From contig JAXHMG010000003.1 of NCBI GenBank assembly GCA_034521595.1, positions 2,464,001 to 2,528,000 on the forward strand: a stretch of 64,000 nt of DNA. Direction: 5' to 3'. This DNA is from Gemmatimonadota bacterium (GTDB taxonomy: Bacteria > Gemmatimonadota > Gemmatimonadetes > Longimicrobiales > Gaopeijiaceae). Shown here piece after piece: positions 47,270 to 57,249 of the stretch. Position 1 is the stretch's first letter. Each line of letters starts with the position of its first letter. A program made the position numbers and the translations under genes. The notes beneath the pieces are model-generated. The model was given only the letters and a program-made list of their open reading frames with translations, did no database searches and was not told the DNA's origin.

Positions 47270-48007
47270 TTATTCCCTTCCTTCGGGAATATCGAGCCGA
47301 TATCCGAAGCCCCGGATCGTGTGAATCCATCCCCCGACCTCTCCGAGCTTGCTTCGGAGTCGCCGCACGTGCATGTCCACGGTCCGAGTCTGTATCCGCT
47401 CGGAGACGCCCGATTCCAGGCTCCACGCCTTCTCGAGGAGTTGCCGGCGGCTCTGCGTCTTCCCACGCCGTTCGAGAAGCGCCTGCAGGAGCCGGAACTC
47501 GGTGGGTGTCAGACTGAGCTCCGACCCGTCGAGGGACGCCTGATGCGCTCCGACGTCCACCCGGAGCGGACCCGCCCGCAGGACCCGGCCTCCCGACGTG
47601 ATGCCCGCTTCCCGAACCCGGCGAAGGATCGCCTGGACGCGGAGCACCAGCTCCCTCGGGCTGAACGGCTTCGTGAGGTAGTCGTCCGCACCGAGCTCCA
47701 GGCCGCTGATGCGGTCTTCTTGCTCGCGCTTGGCCGTCAGCACGAGGATCGGAATGTTCACCGTGCTCGGTTCGGACCTGAGCTGCTCCAGCACGGTGTC
47801 GCCGCTGAGTCCGGGAAGCATGCGATCCAACACCACCAGATCGGGGATCTCGCGACCCACCGCGTCGAGCGCCTCGGGTCCGTTTCCGGCGGTTTCCACC
47901 CGGAAGCCTTCCCGAGTGAGTTGGTACGCGATCAATGCCGCGATATCGTGCTCGTCTTCCACCACGAGCACCCGCGGCACCACCGTGGACTTCGGGGAAG
48001 CGTCCAT
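47270..48007 (-). CDS. phoB: OmpR-family response regulator PhoB
   Basis: VVEDE, LDRMLP, GADDYLTKPFS, RTVDMHVRRLR and TIRGFGY. Confidence 0.88.
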   Translation of the reverse strand: MDASPKSTVVPRVLVVEDEHDIAALIAYQLTREGFRVETAGNGPEALDAVGREIPDLVVLDRMLPGLSGDTVLEQLRSEPSTVNIPILVLTAKREQEDRISGLELGADDYLTKPFSPRELVLRVQAILRRVREAGITSGGRVLRAGPLRVDVGAHQASLDGSELSLTPTEFRLLQALLERRGKTQSRRQLLEKAWSLESGVSERIQTRTVDMHVRRLRSKLGEVGGWIHTIRGFGYRLDIPEGRE

Positions 48008-48087
48008 GGAATCTCTAGAAGGGTGTCGTCATGGGGTCGTCGACCGAGAACCGGTCCCGACCGGCCCCGCCGCAGCTCCACTCGCGG

Positions 48088-49335
48088 TCAGCCCGCCCGG
48101 ATCAGCTCCTCGACCTCTCCTTCCGTGAAGGTGTGGTCGGTCTGCTTGGCCGCCTCGAAGATTCGCTTCACGAGCTCGTCGTCGCGCGGATCGTATCCGT
48201 GTTCGCGCAGCCAATACTTCACGTTCGACAGGCCCGACATCGGGCCGATCTCGATGTGCTGCTTGCGCCCGACCATGGACGCCGGAATCGCCGAGTAGAT
48301 CCGATCCGCGAGCCATGCGTCGCCCTTCTCCTCGGCCTTGATGATCGCGGCCGCGTGCACGCCCGTTCCGGTCCGAAAGGCGTCGTGGCCCACGACCGGA
48401 TACGAATGCGAGAGCGGAACCTGGCACGCCTCCGACGTGAGCCCGCAGTAGTCGGGAAGCACCGACAGGTCGGCATCGTGAACGCCGAGCAGCTGCAGGT
48501 TGACGAGCAGGAGGTCCATCTCGGTGTTGCCGCACCGTTCCCCGATCCCGAGGGCCGTGCCGTGCACCCGCGTCGCACCGGCCTCGATGGCCGCGAGCGC
48601 GTTCGCCAGACCGAAGCCCCGGTCGCGGTGCCCGTGCCAGTCGACCTCGACATCTTCCCCGGACGGCTTCACGATCTCCTCGATCACGAAGCGCACCAGC
48701 GCCCGTGTCCCATCGGGCGTGGCATGTCCGACCGTATCCGCGATACAGAGACGGCGCGCTCCCCAGGCGATCGCGTTTCCGTAGAGCGTCTTCAGGACAT
48801 CCGGATTGGCGCGCGTCGTGTCTTCGGTGACCATCAGCACCGGAAGCCCTTCGGAGACCGCGAAGGTGACCGCTTCCTCGCTGGTTTCCAGCATCCGGTC
48901 CAGCGTCCAGCTCTCGGCGTACTGGCGGATCGGAGAGCTCCCGATGAAGGTGCACGCCTCGATGGGGATGCCGACCTTCTGGCTGATCTCGACGATCGGC
49001 TTCACGTCGGCGACCACCGTGCGCGCGGCACAGTTGGGGCGAATGGAGAGCCCGGCGTCGACGATCTCTTGCGCCAGAACGGTCACCGCTTCGACCGCGC
49101 GCGGCCCGGCACCGGGCAACCCGATATCCGCCGTGTGGATGCCGAGCTGATCCATCATGTGGAGGAGCCGAACCTTGTCGTCCAGCGGAGGGTCCACGAC
49201 CGACGGGTTCTGGAGGCCGTCCCGCAGGGTCTCGTCGTCCAACTCCACCTTCTCGACGGCCGACCAGTCGAATGTCGCGCCGGTCTCGTTCCAGTCGTAG
49301 ATGAGTTCCCGCTCTTCCATGCTCACCCTCGGCAT
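48088..49335 (-). CDS. LeuA-family (DRE-TIM) acyltransferase without regulatory domain
   Basis: DETLRDGLQ, ADTVG, HGHRDRG and GIGERCGN. Confidence 0.85.
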   Translation of the reverse strand: MPRVSMEERELIYDWNETGATFDWSAVEKVELDDETLRDGLQNPSVVDPPLDDKVRLLHMMDQLGIHTADIGLPGAGPRAVEAVTVLAQEIVDAGLSIRPNCAARTVVADVKPIVEISQKVGIPIEACTFIGSSPIRQYAESWTLDRMLETSEEAVTFAVSEGLPVLMVTEDTTRANPDVLKTLYGNAIAWGARRLCIADTVGHATPDGTRALVRFVIEEIVKPSGEDVEVDWHGHRDRGFGLANALAAIEAGATRVHGTALGIGERCGNTEMDLLLVNLQLLGVHDADLSVLPDYCGLTSEACQVPLSHSYPVVGHDAFRTGTGVHAAAIIKAEEKGDAWLADRIYSAIPASMVGRKQHIEIGPMSGLSNVKYWLREHGYDPRDDELVKRIFEAAKQTDHTFTEGEVEELIRAG

Positions 49336-49415
49336 CGGCGGTGGTCTGGATCCTCTCCATAAACATAGAGGGGGAGTGGCGACAGGTCACCGTGCGGGGG
49401 TCCCGACGCCCGACG

Positions 49416-50030
49416 TCAGTCCACACCGGCCGGAAGGTAAGGACGGGGTCGCTCATCGTAGTAGCGGAAGACCTTGTGACCGCCGCCCCGTACCAACACG
49501 TCCTTGAAGAGCTGCGCTTCGAACAGCCCTTCGCGACCCTCGACCTCGAAGAGGGTCCAGCAGTCCGTGAGCACCCGAAAGGTCGCGTACTCCCGGGTGT
49601 CGCCACGGCACTGCACCGTTCCGTACGTCAGCTCCAGATCGGCGAACATCGGCAGGAGTCGGTGGATGCTACGGCGGTCACGCAACTCGATGTTCTTCCA
49701 CGCGAAGTCGAGGGGAAAGCCGACCTCGGGCCGTGAAGCCGGGAGCTCCGGCCACACCACTTCGTTGTGTTCACGCTCGGTGAGACGGAACCCACCGAGC
49801 TCCGCCGTATCGCCGTCCACCAGAGCGCTCAAGACCCGCCGGCCGAGACCGTCGAGGGTGCCCGTCGCGCCCTCGAACGGGGCGTGTGCCTCCGCCCTTC
49901 CGGCCGGGTCGGTTGCGGGCTGGCGGCCATCTCCTTCACCACAACCGCCCACCACCACCGTGAGCGCGACGACCCACGTGGAGACCCCTCTCGATCGCCG
50001 CGTCGCCCTGGCTACCTTCTGCTGGCTCAC
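49416..50030 (-). CDS. Hypothetical lipoprotein
   Basis: RBS GAGGAGG; lipobox VGGC; third gene of the TBDR operon. Confidence 0.65.
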   Translation of the reverse strand: MSQQKVARATRRSRGVSTWVVALTVVVGGCGEGDGRQPATDPAGRAEAHAPFEGATGTLDGLGRRVLSALVDGDTAELGGFRLTEREHNEVVWPELPASRPEVGFPLDFAWKNIELRDRRSIHRLLPMFADLELTYGTVQCRGDTREYATFRVLTDCWTLFEVEGREGLFEAQLFKDVLVRGGGHKVFRYYDERPRPYLPAGVD

Positions 50031-50150
50031 TTCACTACCTCCTCTGTCGGCGAAGGAGCCGGCGCCCTCGCACACCAGCCTGCGTCCGAAGCACGGAGCA
50101 GGAGCGCGGGTGTGCCTGGCATGCGAGGGGCACCGAGCACCGTCAATGGC

Positions 50151-51731
50151 TCAGTTCAACGCCTGCGTCGTCCAACCCTGGTACCAGGGCGTGGCCTCGT
50201 CCGGATCGACGCCACCGATGAAGTCGACGGCCTCGAAGAACCCGTCGTCCGGCGGGGTGGCGAAGCCATTCAGCGCGGGCGAGCCGGCTTCCGGCCGGAA
50301 GTCCGGCGAGGCACGGTCGAACGGTGCCGCGAGCATCGGATCGATGCCGAAGCGGTTGTTCCAAGCCGCGTTCGTGAAGAACGCATCCTCGTCGATCCCG
50401 TCGTCGTCGTTCGCGATATCGAGAGCATTCAACCCGACGATCGAGTTCCGGAAGGCGAGGCCGTTGTCGATCGACTCCTGATTGTCGACGTCCAGGCCCA
50501 CCGTGCCGAAGCCCACGACGATGGCGTTGCGGATGTCACCGGCGGCGCCTCGCCGAAGCACCATGCCCTGGGTCGATTCACCCGCCGCTCCTCCCGCACC
50601 GTCCACGCCCTTCCCGACGAGCGTCACGTTATAGAGCGTCGGGTCGGTGAAGGGCGTCGCCCCGAAGTCGTCCGAGTTGCCGTCGACCTCGAAGCCGTTG
50701 TCGGCGTTGTCCGGATCCTGCTGCGCGATCCAGAACTGACCGCGTCCCTGCCAGCCCGTCGAGTAGTCGAACGAGTCGTCCGAGATGCCGGTGGACAGAA
50801 GGTACTTGGCGTCCACGGTTCCGCCGAACCACTCGAAGCCGTCGTCCGAGCCGTAGTGGGTCTGCAGGTGGTGCAGCTCCGTTCCGGAACCCACGCCGTT
50901 GAGCGTCAACGCGTTCAGCTCGTTCCCGAAGCTCACCTCGAACCCGGCGAACTCGATGCGGGTGTAAACCATGCGCCCGCTGTCGTCATCGAGCACGTCA
51001 CCGCCGTACGGGCCGGACGAGCCCTCGCCCACGCATTCGTCCGCCGGGAAGTTGCAGAGGGAGCGACCGTTCAACACGACTCCCCCCCAGTCTCCACGGC
51101 TGCGCTCCCCTTCCGGGTTCTCGGAGGTGAAGACGACCGGTGCGTCGGCCGTGCCGTTGGAGAAGAGCTTCCCACCCTTCCGCACGATGAGCGCGGACGG
51201 GGTGATGTCCACGTCCCCGAGAAGCAGGGTTCCCGCCGGAACGGTCAGGCTTGCGCCGTCGACCACCGTCACGATTCCCTGGATGAAGTAGGTGGTGTCG
51301 GCGGAGAGCTCCCGATCACCGGTGATCTCACCGGTGAGGGCGGCCTCCCGGACGTCCGGGTCGAGCGCGCCGACGGCCGGGTCGCTCGGATCCGAGCTCC
51401 CGCTCGAGTTCTTCGCGATCACCCGGTAGTTGTACGTCGTCCCGGCGCTGACGCCGTCGTCCGTGTATTCGGTTTCCGTGACGTCCGTCGCGATATCGCT
51501 GAAGCTCGCGCCGGACGTCGCGGCCTGGCGCTGCACGTCGTAGGCGTCCGCGCCGTTCACGGCGGACCATGAGACGACGAGCGCGTTTCCGGACTGGCTG
51601 ACCGACGAGATGGTCGGCGCCGCCGGCGCGGTGTCCACACCGGTCGGATCCGGGTCGTCGTCACCACAGCCGGCCAGCGCCACCACGGCGAGGGTGGCCA
51701 CATGGGGAATCATATTTCTTTTACGGAACAT
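50151..51731 (-). CDS. Acidic lipoprotein with fibronectin type III domain and beta-helix-like body
   Basis: Lipobox LAGC; Fn3 (VSWSAV..YNYRVIA); GDWGGVV, DDGFEWFGG, DDSFD and DNGFEVD repeats. Confidence 0.8.
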   Translation of the reverse strand: MFRKRNMIPHVATLAVVALAGCGDDDPDPTGVDTAPAAPTISSVSQSGNALVVSWSAVNGADAYDVQRQAATSGASFSDIATDVTETEYTDDGVSAGTTYNYRVIAKNSSGSSDPSDPAVGALDPDVREAALTGEITGDRELSADTTYFIQGIVTVVDGASLTVPAGTLLLGDVDITPSALIVRKGGKLFSNGTADAPVVFTSENPEGERSRGDWGGVVLNGRSLCNFPADECVGEGSSGPYGGDVLDDDSGRMVYTRIEFAGFEVSFGNELNALTLNGVGSGTELHHLQTHYGSDDGFEWFGGTVDAKYLLSTGISDDSFDYSTGWQGRGQFWIAQQDPDNADNGFEVDGNSDDFGATPFTDPTLYNVTLVGKGVDGAGGAAGESTQGMVLRRGAAGDIRNAIVVGFGTVGLDVDNQESIDNGLAFRNSIVGLNALDIANDDDGIDEDAFFTNAAWNNRFGIDPMLAAPFDRASPDFRPEAGSPALNGFATPPDDGFFEAVDFIGGVDPDEATPWYQGWTTQALN

Positions 51732-51841
51732 CCTGTTGATCTCCTGTTATTGGATGTTGCTCGGGCCGTGAAGCCCACGACCCGCCTGCATGGCACCTTC
51801 GCCCGAACGGCTCCGGCACCGGTGGGGAGCCCTCGCCGACG

Positions 51842-54655
51842 TCATCGGCCGCTCCCCCAACTGAGCGAGAGCGACAAGGACCGTCCGACCTCGTACGATC
51901 GGAGCGTCCCTCCGCCCTGCGTGAATTCCACTTGATTGCCGAGCAGCCGGTTGGCCGAAAGCTTGGCGCTCCAGCCCGACGCGATCGGCCACTGCAGCAC
52001 CGCGTCCAACTGACCGCGCGCTTCTTCGTAGATCTCGGGCGAGGCCTGTGCCCCTACCGCGTCGATGCGACGACCGAATCGGTTGAAGAGGATGCTCGCC
52101 GACGCACCCCGATCGTCGTCCCAGGTGACGCCCAGGTTCAGGACGTACGGTGACTGGCCCTGGAGCCCGCGGCTCTTGGGATCCACACCGATCTCGGTGG
52201 GTCCGGTCCCGGGGACGTAGGCGTCGACGGTGCTCCGCGTGGTCACGTCCGATACGACGAGCGTCGTGTTGGCGTTGACCGAAAGAGATCGGAGGCCTTC
52301 CGAGAGGAACCCGAGATCCGACCTCGCCTCCACCTCCACTCCGTAATTGTCGGCTTCCCGGGCATTCACCCAGGTCTTCATCAACTCGCTGCTCGGAAGG
52401 ACGAAGGTTTCGATGGGACTGGAGAACTCCTTGTAGAAGCCGCTCACCGCGACCACCGACTGCGGCCCGCCGAACCACTCCCATCGCAGATCGAAATTCG
52501 AGATCCGGGTGCCCTCGAGCTGTGGGTTCCCGATGACCAGGAAGCCTCCCGCATAATCCGCGAAGGAAAACGGGGCGAGCTCACGAAGCTCCGCCCTGGC
52601 CAGAGTGCGCGACGCGCTCGCGCGCAGGTTCATCGTTTCGGACAGCGACAGCGTCGCGTTGATCGCCGGCAGGAGATCGGTCGACTCGATGTCCGCCCCC
52701 TCCACCGGAGGAAGCCCGGTATCCCAGAGGTCCTTCGGAGACACGGCCTGGCTCGTCCGCTCGACGCGCGCCCCTCCCGAGAAACGAAGTCCCGGGACGG
52801 GCTCGAGCTCGGCCATGAGGTAGGCCGCCTCGATCGTCTGCCGGGCGTCGTAGTTGTCCGTACGGAACGTGGCTTCGCGAATCTCGAAGCCGTCCGGGGC
52901 GATGTAGGGGCTCGAGGCGCCGAACAGCTCGTCGGGCGCCAGGGTGCGAACATCGTTCCCGATCGTGCCACCGGACTGCGGACGGAAGCGGAAGCGCCGT
53001 GTGTAGGCTTCCCGGTCCTTGTGCTCGACGCTCGAGCCCGCCGAGAGCGACGCGGGCAGCCCTGCGAGCTCGAACGGCAGTCGCAGCGAGGCCGCCCCAT
53101 TCCACCCGGAATCGACCATGTCCTGGTGAAACACCGAGCCGCTCTGGATGAAGTCGTCCCAGTAGAACTGCCCGTCGAACTCCCGGTATAGCACTTCCCG
53201 CGTGCTCGGTTCGTACCTGTTCGCCCGCGTGAGGGCGCCACGCCACTTGAACGTCGCATCGCTCAAGAAACGGAGGAGGTGCTCCCCTTCGAGCTGGCTG
53301 TTCAGGAGCGACTGTCCGAGGTACTGGACGCGGGAGTTCCACTGATCGGTGTTGGAGTCCAGATTGAAGCCGGTCAACACCCGTGACACGTCGTCCGTGA
53401 GGCGGTTATAGACGGTCTGGAGCTTGATCTGGTCACCCGCCCGGGGTTGGAAGGCGACGTTCGCCAGTGCGCCCAGGCTGATCGAGTGCTCTCCGATCTC
53501 TCCGGTGTAGTCGACTACCGGGTCGTCCACGCCGGATGTCGAGAAGACCCGCTCCACGAGATTCCGGCGAACGCTTTGACTCGAGGAGTAGTTCACGGAA
53601 GTGATGAACCCGAGGCGCCGGTCACCACCGAGGTCGATGTCGTCACCGAAGGTGGCGCCGAGACCGAAGTTGGGCGGAAGGCTGCGCTCGGTGGGTCCCC
53701 AGCCACCTTCGAATCCTCTCCCGATCTCCTGGAGCTCGGTGGACGAGAAGTTGGTCGGCGTGACCTGCACGTCTCTCGCAATGCCCGCCGGAAGACCACG
53801 GGTCCCGTCATCGAACCCGGTGAGGTCGAGGTCGCCACCCCGGTATCCGAGACCTTCCTCGAACGTGGCCGTGGAGTTCCACCCACCCGAGACGCTCACC
53901 GAGAAGATCCGGTTCGCGGGAAAGTCGCGCGTCCTCAGCTGAACGAGGCCGCCCGCTTGGTCTCCGGACTGGTCGGGGGAGTAGCTCTTGGAGGTGACGA
54001 TGCTCTGCAAGAGTCCCGAAGGGATCACGTCGAGCGGAATCGCATTCTTGTCCGGAACCGGTGAGGCGAGGGGAGCTCCGTTGAGCGTGGTCGCGCTGTA
54101 TCGCCCTCCGAGCCCGCGCACGTGCGCGAACTTCCCATCCACGACCGACAACCCGGGAACTCGACGCAACGCCGCCCCGGCGTCCCCATCGGGCGTACGG
54201 GCCATCTGCTCGGATCCGATGGCGTCGGAGACGACCGCCGAGCGCCGACGCTCGGACATGAGCGCGGTCGTGCTTCCCCGCTCCGCCCGCGAAGTCACGA
54301 CGACGCCTTCGACATCCACCGCCCGGGATTCGAGCGTCACGTCCAGGACCACGGTCTCGTCCCGGGTAACCTCCACGTCCGTGACCGTCTTCGTCCCGAA
54401 CCCGATGCGCTCTACGTGGACCTCGTGGATCCCCGCGGGCACGTCGCGTAGCACGTACCGACCGTCGACCGAGGAAAGCGCCCCGATGGTGCCCTCTCCC
54501 ACGAAGACCTGCGCGCTCGCCAGGGGCTCGGCCGTTTGCGCGCTGATGACGCGCCCGACGATGCGCCCCGTCTGTGCCTCGGCCGCAGCGGGCAGCCCGA
54601 GGAGGACGATGGCTACCAACAGGCCTTTGATCCACCTTCGCTTCATATCGTTCAT
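51842..54655 (-). CDS. TonB-dependent receptor
   Basis: Signal peptide; CarboxypepD_reg-like domain; plug RVPGLSV..VRGLGGRY; GNPQL; LQGQSPY; C-terminal beta strand. Confidence 0.9.
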   Translation of the reverse strand: MNDMKRRWIKGLLVAIVLLGLPAAAEAQTGRIVGRVISAQTAEPLASAQVFVGEGTIGALSSVDGRYVLRDVPAGIHEVHVERIGFGTKTVTDVEVTRDETVVLDVTLESRAVDVEGVVVTSRAERGSTTALMSERRRSAVVSDAIGSEQMARTPDGDAGAALRRVPGLSVVDGKFAHVRGLGGRYSATTLNGAPLASPVPDKNAIPLDVIPSGLLQSIVTSKSYSPDQSGDQAGGLVQLRTRDFPANRIFSVSVSGGWNSTATFEEGLGYRGGDLDLTGFDDGTRGLPAGIARDVQVTPTNFSSTELQEIGRGFEGGWGPTERSLPPNFGLGATFGDDIDLGGDRRLGFITSVNYSSSQSVRRNLVERVFSTSGVDDPVVDYTGEIGEHSISLGALANVAFQPRAGDQIKLQTVYNRLTDDVSRVLTGFNLDSNTDQWNSRVQYLGQSLLNSQLEGEHLLRFLSDATFKWRGALTRANRYEPSTREVLYREFDGQFYWDDFIQSGSVFHQDMVDSGWNGAASLRLPFELAGLPASLSAGSSVEHKDREAYTRRFRFRPQSGGTIGNDVRTLAPDELFGASSPYIAPDGFEIREATFRTDNYDARQTIEAAYLMAELEPVPGLRFSGGARVERTSQAVSPKDLWDTGLPPVEGADIESTDLLPAINATLSLSETMNLRASASRTLARAELRELAPFSFADYAGGFLVIGNPQLEGTRISNFDLRWEWFGGPQSVVAVSGFYKEFSSPIETFVLPSSELMKTWVNAREADNYGVEVEARSDLGFLSEGLRSLSVNANTTLVVSDVTTRSTVDAYVPGTGPTEIGVDPKSRGLQGQSPYVLNLGVTWDDDRGASASILFNRFGRRIDAVGAQASPEIYEEARGQLDAVLQWPIASGWSAKLSANRLLGNQVEFTQGGGTLRSYEVGRSLSLSLSWGSGR

Positions 54656-54728
54656 TGCTCCTCACCGTTGCCTGAGTGGAACGGGCCAACTCGCTCAAGG
54701 AGCCCCGCGCTCCCTTTTGCATGATCGA

Positions 54729-54785
54729 AGCTTAGAGGGGGCGGGTAACGGCGAAGGCTCGGGATCCGTAACAGTGGGGTAACGC
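54729..54785 (-). promoter_or_regulatory. Pho-box-like repeats plus -10 upstream of the TBDR
   Basis: Three GTTAC on the minus strand (54783, 54772, 54749); TAAGCT lies 10 bp after the last. Confidence 0.6.
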
Positions 54786-54820
54786 GAAGCGAGGGTTGGC
54801 GCGGCGAGGGGAAAACGACG

Positions 54821-54855
54821 AAAAAGGGGCGCCCCTCCGGATGGAGGAGCGCCCC
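54821..54855 (-). terminator. Rho-independent terminator
   Basis: Minus strand GGGGCGCTCCTCC-ATCC-GGAGGGGCGCCCC followed by TTTTT. Confidence 0.8.
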
Positions 54856-54898
54856 GACCTGCCGAGCGTCGCCGAATCGTCGCGCGGATTGCGGCCCG

Positions 54899-55897
54899 CT
54901 ATCCCCCGTCCACCAGGGAGTCGTCGGTCACGGAGAGTGTCGCGCTGACGTCCCGAACGACGGCCCGCGCGCCCAGGATGGAGTCGTGGAGGGCCGCCCG
55001 CTCCAGCCGCGCGTCCACTCCCACGACACTGTCCCGGACCGTGGAGTCGGTCAGGTGGGTGCCCCGTTCGAGCGTGACGTTCGGCCCGATGGTACCGCCC
55101 CGCACGACCACGCCTTCCTCGAGCCTCACGGGCTCGACGATCTCGGCACCTTCCACCGTCGCGCCGGAATCCACGCCCCCGCGCGTGGTTGCCACCAGAT
55201 GCGCGTTCGTCTCCAGCAAGGTCTCCGGCTTTCCGGCATCCCACCAACCGCGCACGGGCGCCGTGAGAATCTTGCTCCCGTGGTCCACCATGTACTGGAA
55301 GGCGTCGGTCAGATAGAACTCACCCGACGGTCCGGGGGGCGAGTCGAGGGCGTGTCGAATCCCTTCGAAGAGCAATTCGTGCTCCCGGATGTGATAGAGG
55401 CCGATGTTCGCGAGCCTGGACACGGGCTCGGAAGGCTTCTCCACGATTCGGGTCATCGTGCCGTCGTCGTCCGTGACGATCACCCCGAAGCGCTGATAGT
55501 CCTCGACCTCTTTGGCCCAGATGACCCCCGCGTACTTGGGATCCAGCGACCGAGCCAACTCGTAGTCCACCTCGAGCACCGCATCGGGAAACACGATCAG
55601 CAGCTCGTCGTCGATGAACGGTTCGGCGAGGCCCACGGCTCCGGCGGTCCCGTCCTGAACTTCCTGCAGGACGTAGTGCCCCCGTATTTGCGGGTACTCC
55701 GCCTTGATCCACTCTTCGATGGTGTCGCGAAGGTAGCCGACGACGAAGACCATCTCCTCGACACCCACGTCGATCAGGTCGTCGAGGATATAGGCCAGAA
55801 CCGGCTTCCCGGCGACCTTGAGGAGCGGCTTGGGGGTATGGTGCGTGTGCGGGCGGAGGCGGGTGCCTTTCCCGGCGAGGGGGATGACGGCTTTCAT
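54899..55897 (-). CDS. Sugar-1-phosphate nucleotidyltransferase with C-terminal left-handed beta-helix
   Basis: IPLAGKGTRLRPHT..PKPL, IVEKP and GEFYLTDA; hexapeptide-like C-terminus. Confidence 0.88.
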   Translation of the reverse strand: MKAVIPLAGKGTRLRPHTHHTPKPLLKVAGKPVLAYILDDLIDVGVEEMVFVVGYLRDTIEEWIKAEYPQIRGHYVLQEVQDGTAGAVGLAEPFIDDELLIVFPDAVLEVDYELARSLDPKYAGVIWAKEVEDYQRFGVIVTDDDGTMTRIVEKPSEPVSRLANIGLYHIREHELLFEGIRHALDSPPGPSGEFYLTDAFQYMVDHGSKILTAPVRGWWDAGKPETLLETNAHLVATTRGGVDSGATVEGAEIVEPVRLEEGVVVRGGTIGPNVTLERGTHLTDSTVRDSVVGVDARLERAALHDSILGARAVVRDVSATLSVTDDSLVDGG

Positions 55898-55975
55898 GGG
55901 CTCCGGTCTTGGCGGTACGCGAAGGTTGGCGCCACACTATACGCAACCGAAGCGTCGTTGTCAGGGAGAAGTGCG

Positions 55976-56806
55976 ATGAGACCCAGAGGGAAGGCGGCAT
56001 CCGTAGCGTTGGCCGGCTGGCTGCTGTTGGGCGGGTGCGCGGGATCGACCGCCGGGGGGAGCGAGGCCACGGGCGGCAACGCACCCGCACCGCGCACCGA
56101 CCCGGCGCTGGAGGAACCGAACGTCTACGAGGTCCCGGTCGAAGCCTTCGCCCCCGACGAGGAGCGGCCCGCGTTCATCCAAGTCCGCGGAGGCGCGAGT
56201 GTGACGCTCCCCGCCGACCGAGCCAGCGTGACGTTCGCCGTGGAGACGCGCGCCGTCACCGCCACCGACGCGGCCGCTGAAAACGCGAACCTCATGGATG
56301 CCGTGCTCCGGGCCGTTCGCGAGGCGGGCTTCGCGGATCTTACCATCGAGACGTTCGGATACACGTTGCAGCCGGACTACATCGTACGGGACGACCGCTC
56401 GAGGGAGATCGAAGGGTATACCTCGTTGAACAACGTGCGGGCGCGCGTGCACGACATGGAATCCATCGGATCAGTCGTCGACGCGGCCATCGCGGCGGGT
56501 GCCAACCGGATCGCTTCCATCGATTTCGAAGCTTCCGACACCGAGGCCGCACGTTCCGAGGCGCTGGCCGAAGCCGTCCGGAGCGCCCGCTCACAGGCCC
56601 GTGCCATCGCCGCTTCGCTCGGGTACGAGCTCGGGCCGGTCCTGGAAGTGCGGGGGGGCGCCGACCGCTCGGACCCGCCGGGCATCGAGACCATGCTCAT
56701 GCGTAATGAAACCGCCTCGACACCGATCGAGGCGGGAACCCGTGCCGTGAGCGCGAACGTGACCGTGCGCTTCGCGCTCGGCAGCGCCCTCCCCGGCGGA
56801 CAGTGA
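55976..56806 (+). CDS. SIMPL (DUF541) family lipoprotein
   Basis: Lipobox LGGC; PADRASVTFAVET, AGANRI and VSANVTVRF. Confidence 0.85.
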   Translation: MRPRGKAASVALAGWLLLGGCAGSTAGGSEATGGNAPAPRTDPALEEPNVYEVPVEAFAPDEERPAFIQVRGGASVTLPADRASVTFAVETRAVTATDAAAENANLMDAVLRAVREAGFADLTIETFGYTLQPDYIVRDDRSREIEGYTSLNNVRARVHDMESIGSVVDAAIAAGANRIASIDFEASDTEAARSEALAEAVRSARSQARAIAASLGYELGPVLEVRGGADRSDPPGIETMLMRNETASTPIEAGTRAVSANVTVRFALGSALPGGQ

Positions 56807-57249
56807 GCGAGTCGACCGAGCCCGGTGCCTCGACCGAGTCGTGGGGCACGGCGACCGATCCGCACGCCGCGGACACCGGTCTCCGCGGGCGCACCTACGC
56901 GATTCCCTTCGATCGCGTGTGGAAGGCGGCCCGTGGCCTGGCCGACGGGGGACTGCGCCGATGGTCGCTGGTGCGCGACGACGATCGGGAAGGAACGCTG
57001 GAAGCCCGCAGCAGGACGTGGCCGCTGGGCCGTGTCGACGAGGTGATGGTCTCAGTCGGGCTGGACGAGAACGGTCAGACCCGCGTCGACCTTCGATGCC
57101 GACGCATTGGCGACCAGGTGGTGCAGCGGCGCCACCCCCGCCTCGTGAGGACCTTCTTCGCGAGACTCGACCGGGCCCTGGGCGCCACGGCCGCCGACGT
57201 GCTCGATCCGACCCGCCCACCTCCGTGGGCGGAGGAAGCTCCGCGGTGA
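56803..57249 (+). CDS. DUF1499-like protein
   Basis: GTGA overlap; TATDP..LRGRTY and TRVDLR. Confidence 0.6.
   Translation: MSESTEPGASTESWGTATDPHAADTGLRGRTYAIPFDRVWKAARGLADGGLRRWSLVRDDDREGTLEARSRTWPLGRVDEVMVSVGLDENGQTRVDLRCRRIGDQVVQRRHPRLVRTFFARLDRALGATAADVLDPTRPPPWAEEAPR

Noticed and set aside
54899-55897. Nucleotidyltransferase as the missing glgC
   Set aside because: It lacks the GlgC signature (RAKPAV-type) and is shorter; it resembles generic sugar-1-phosphate nucleotidyltransferases.
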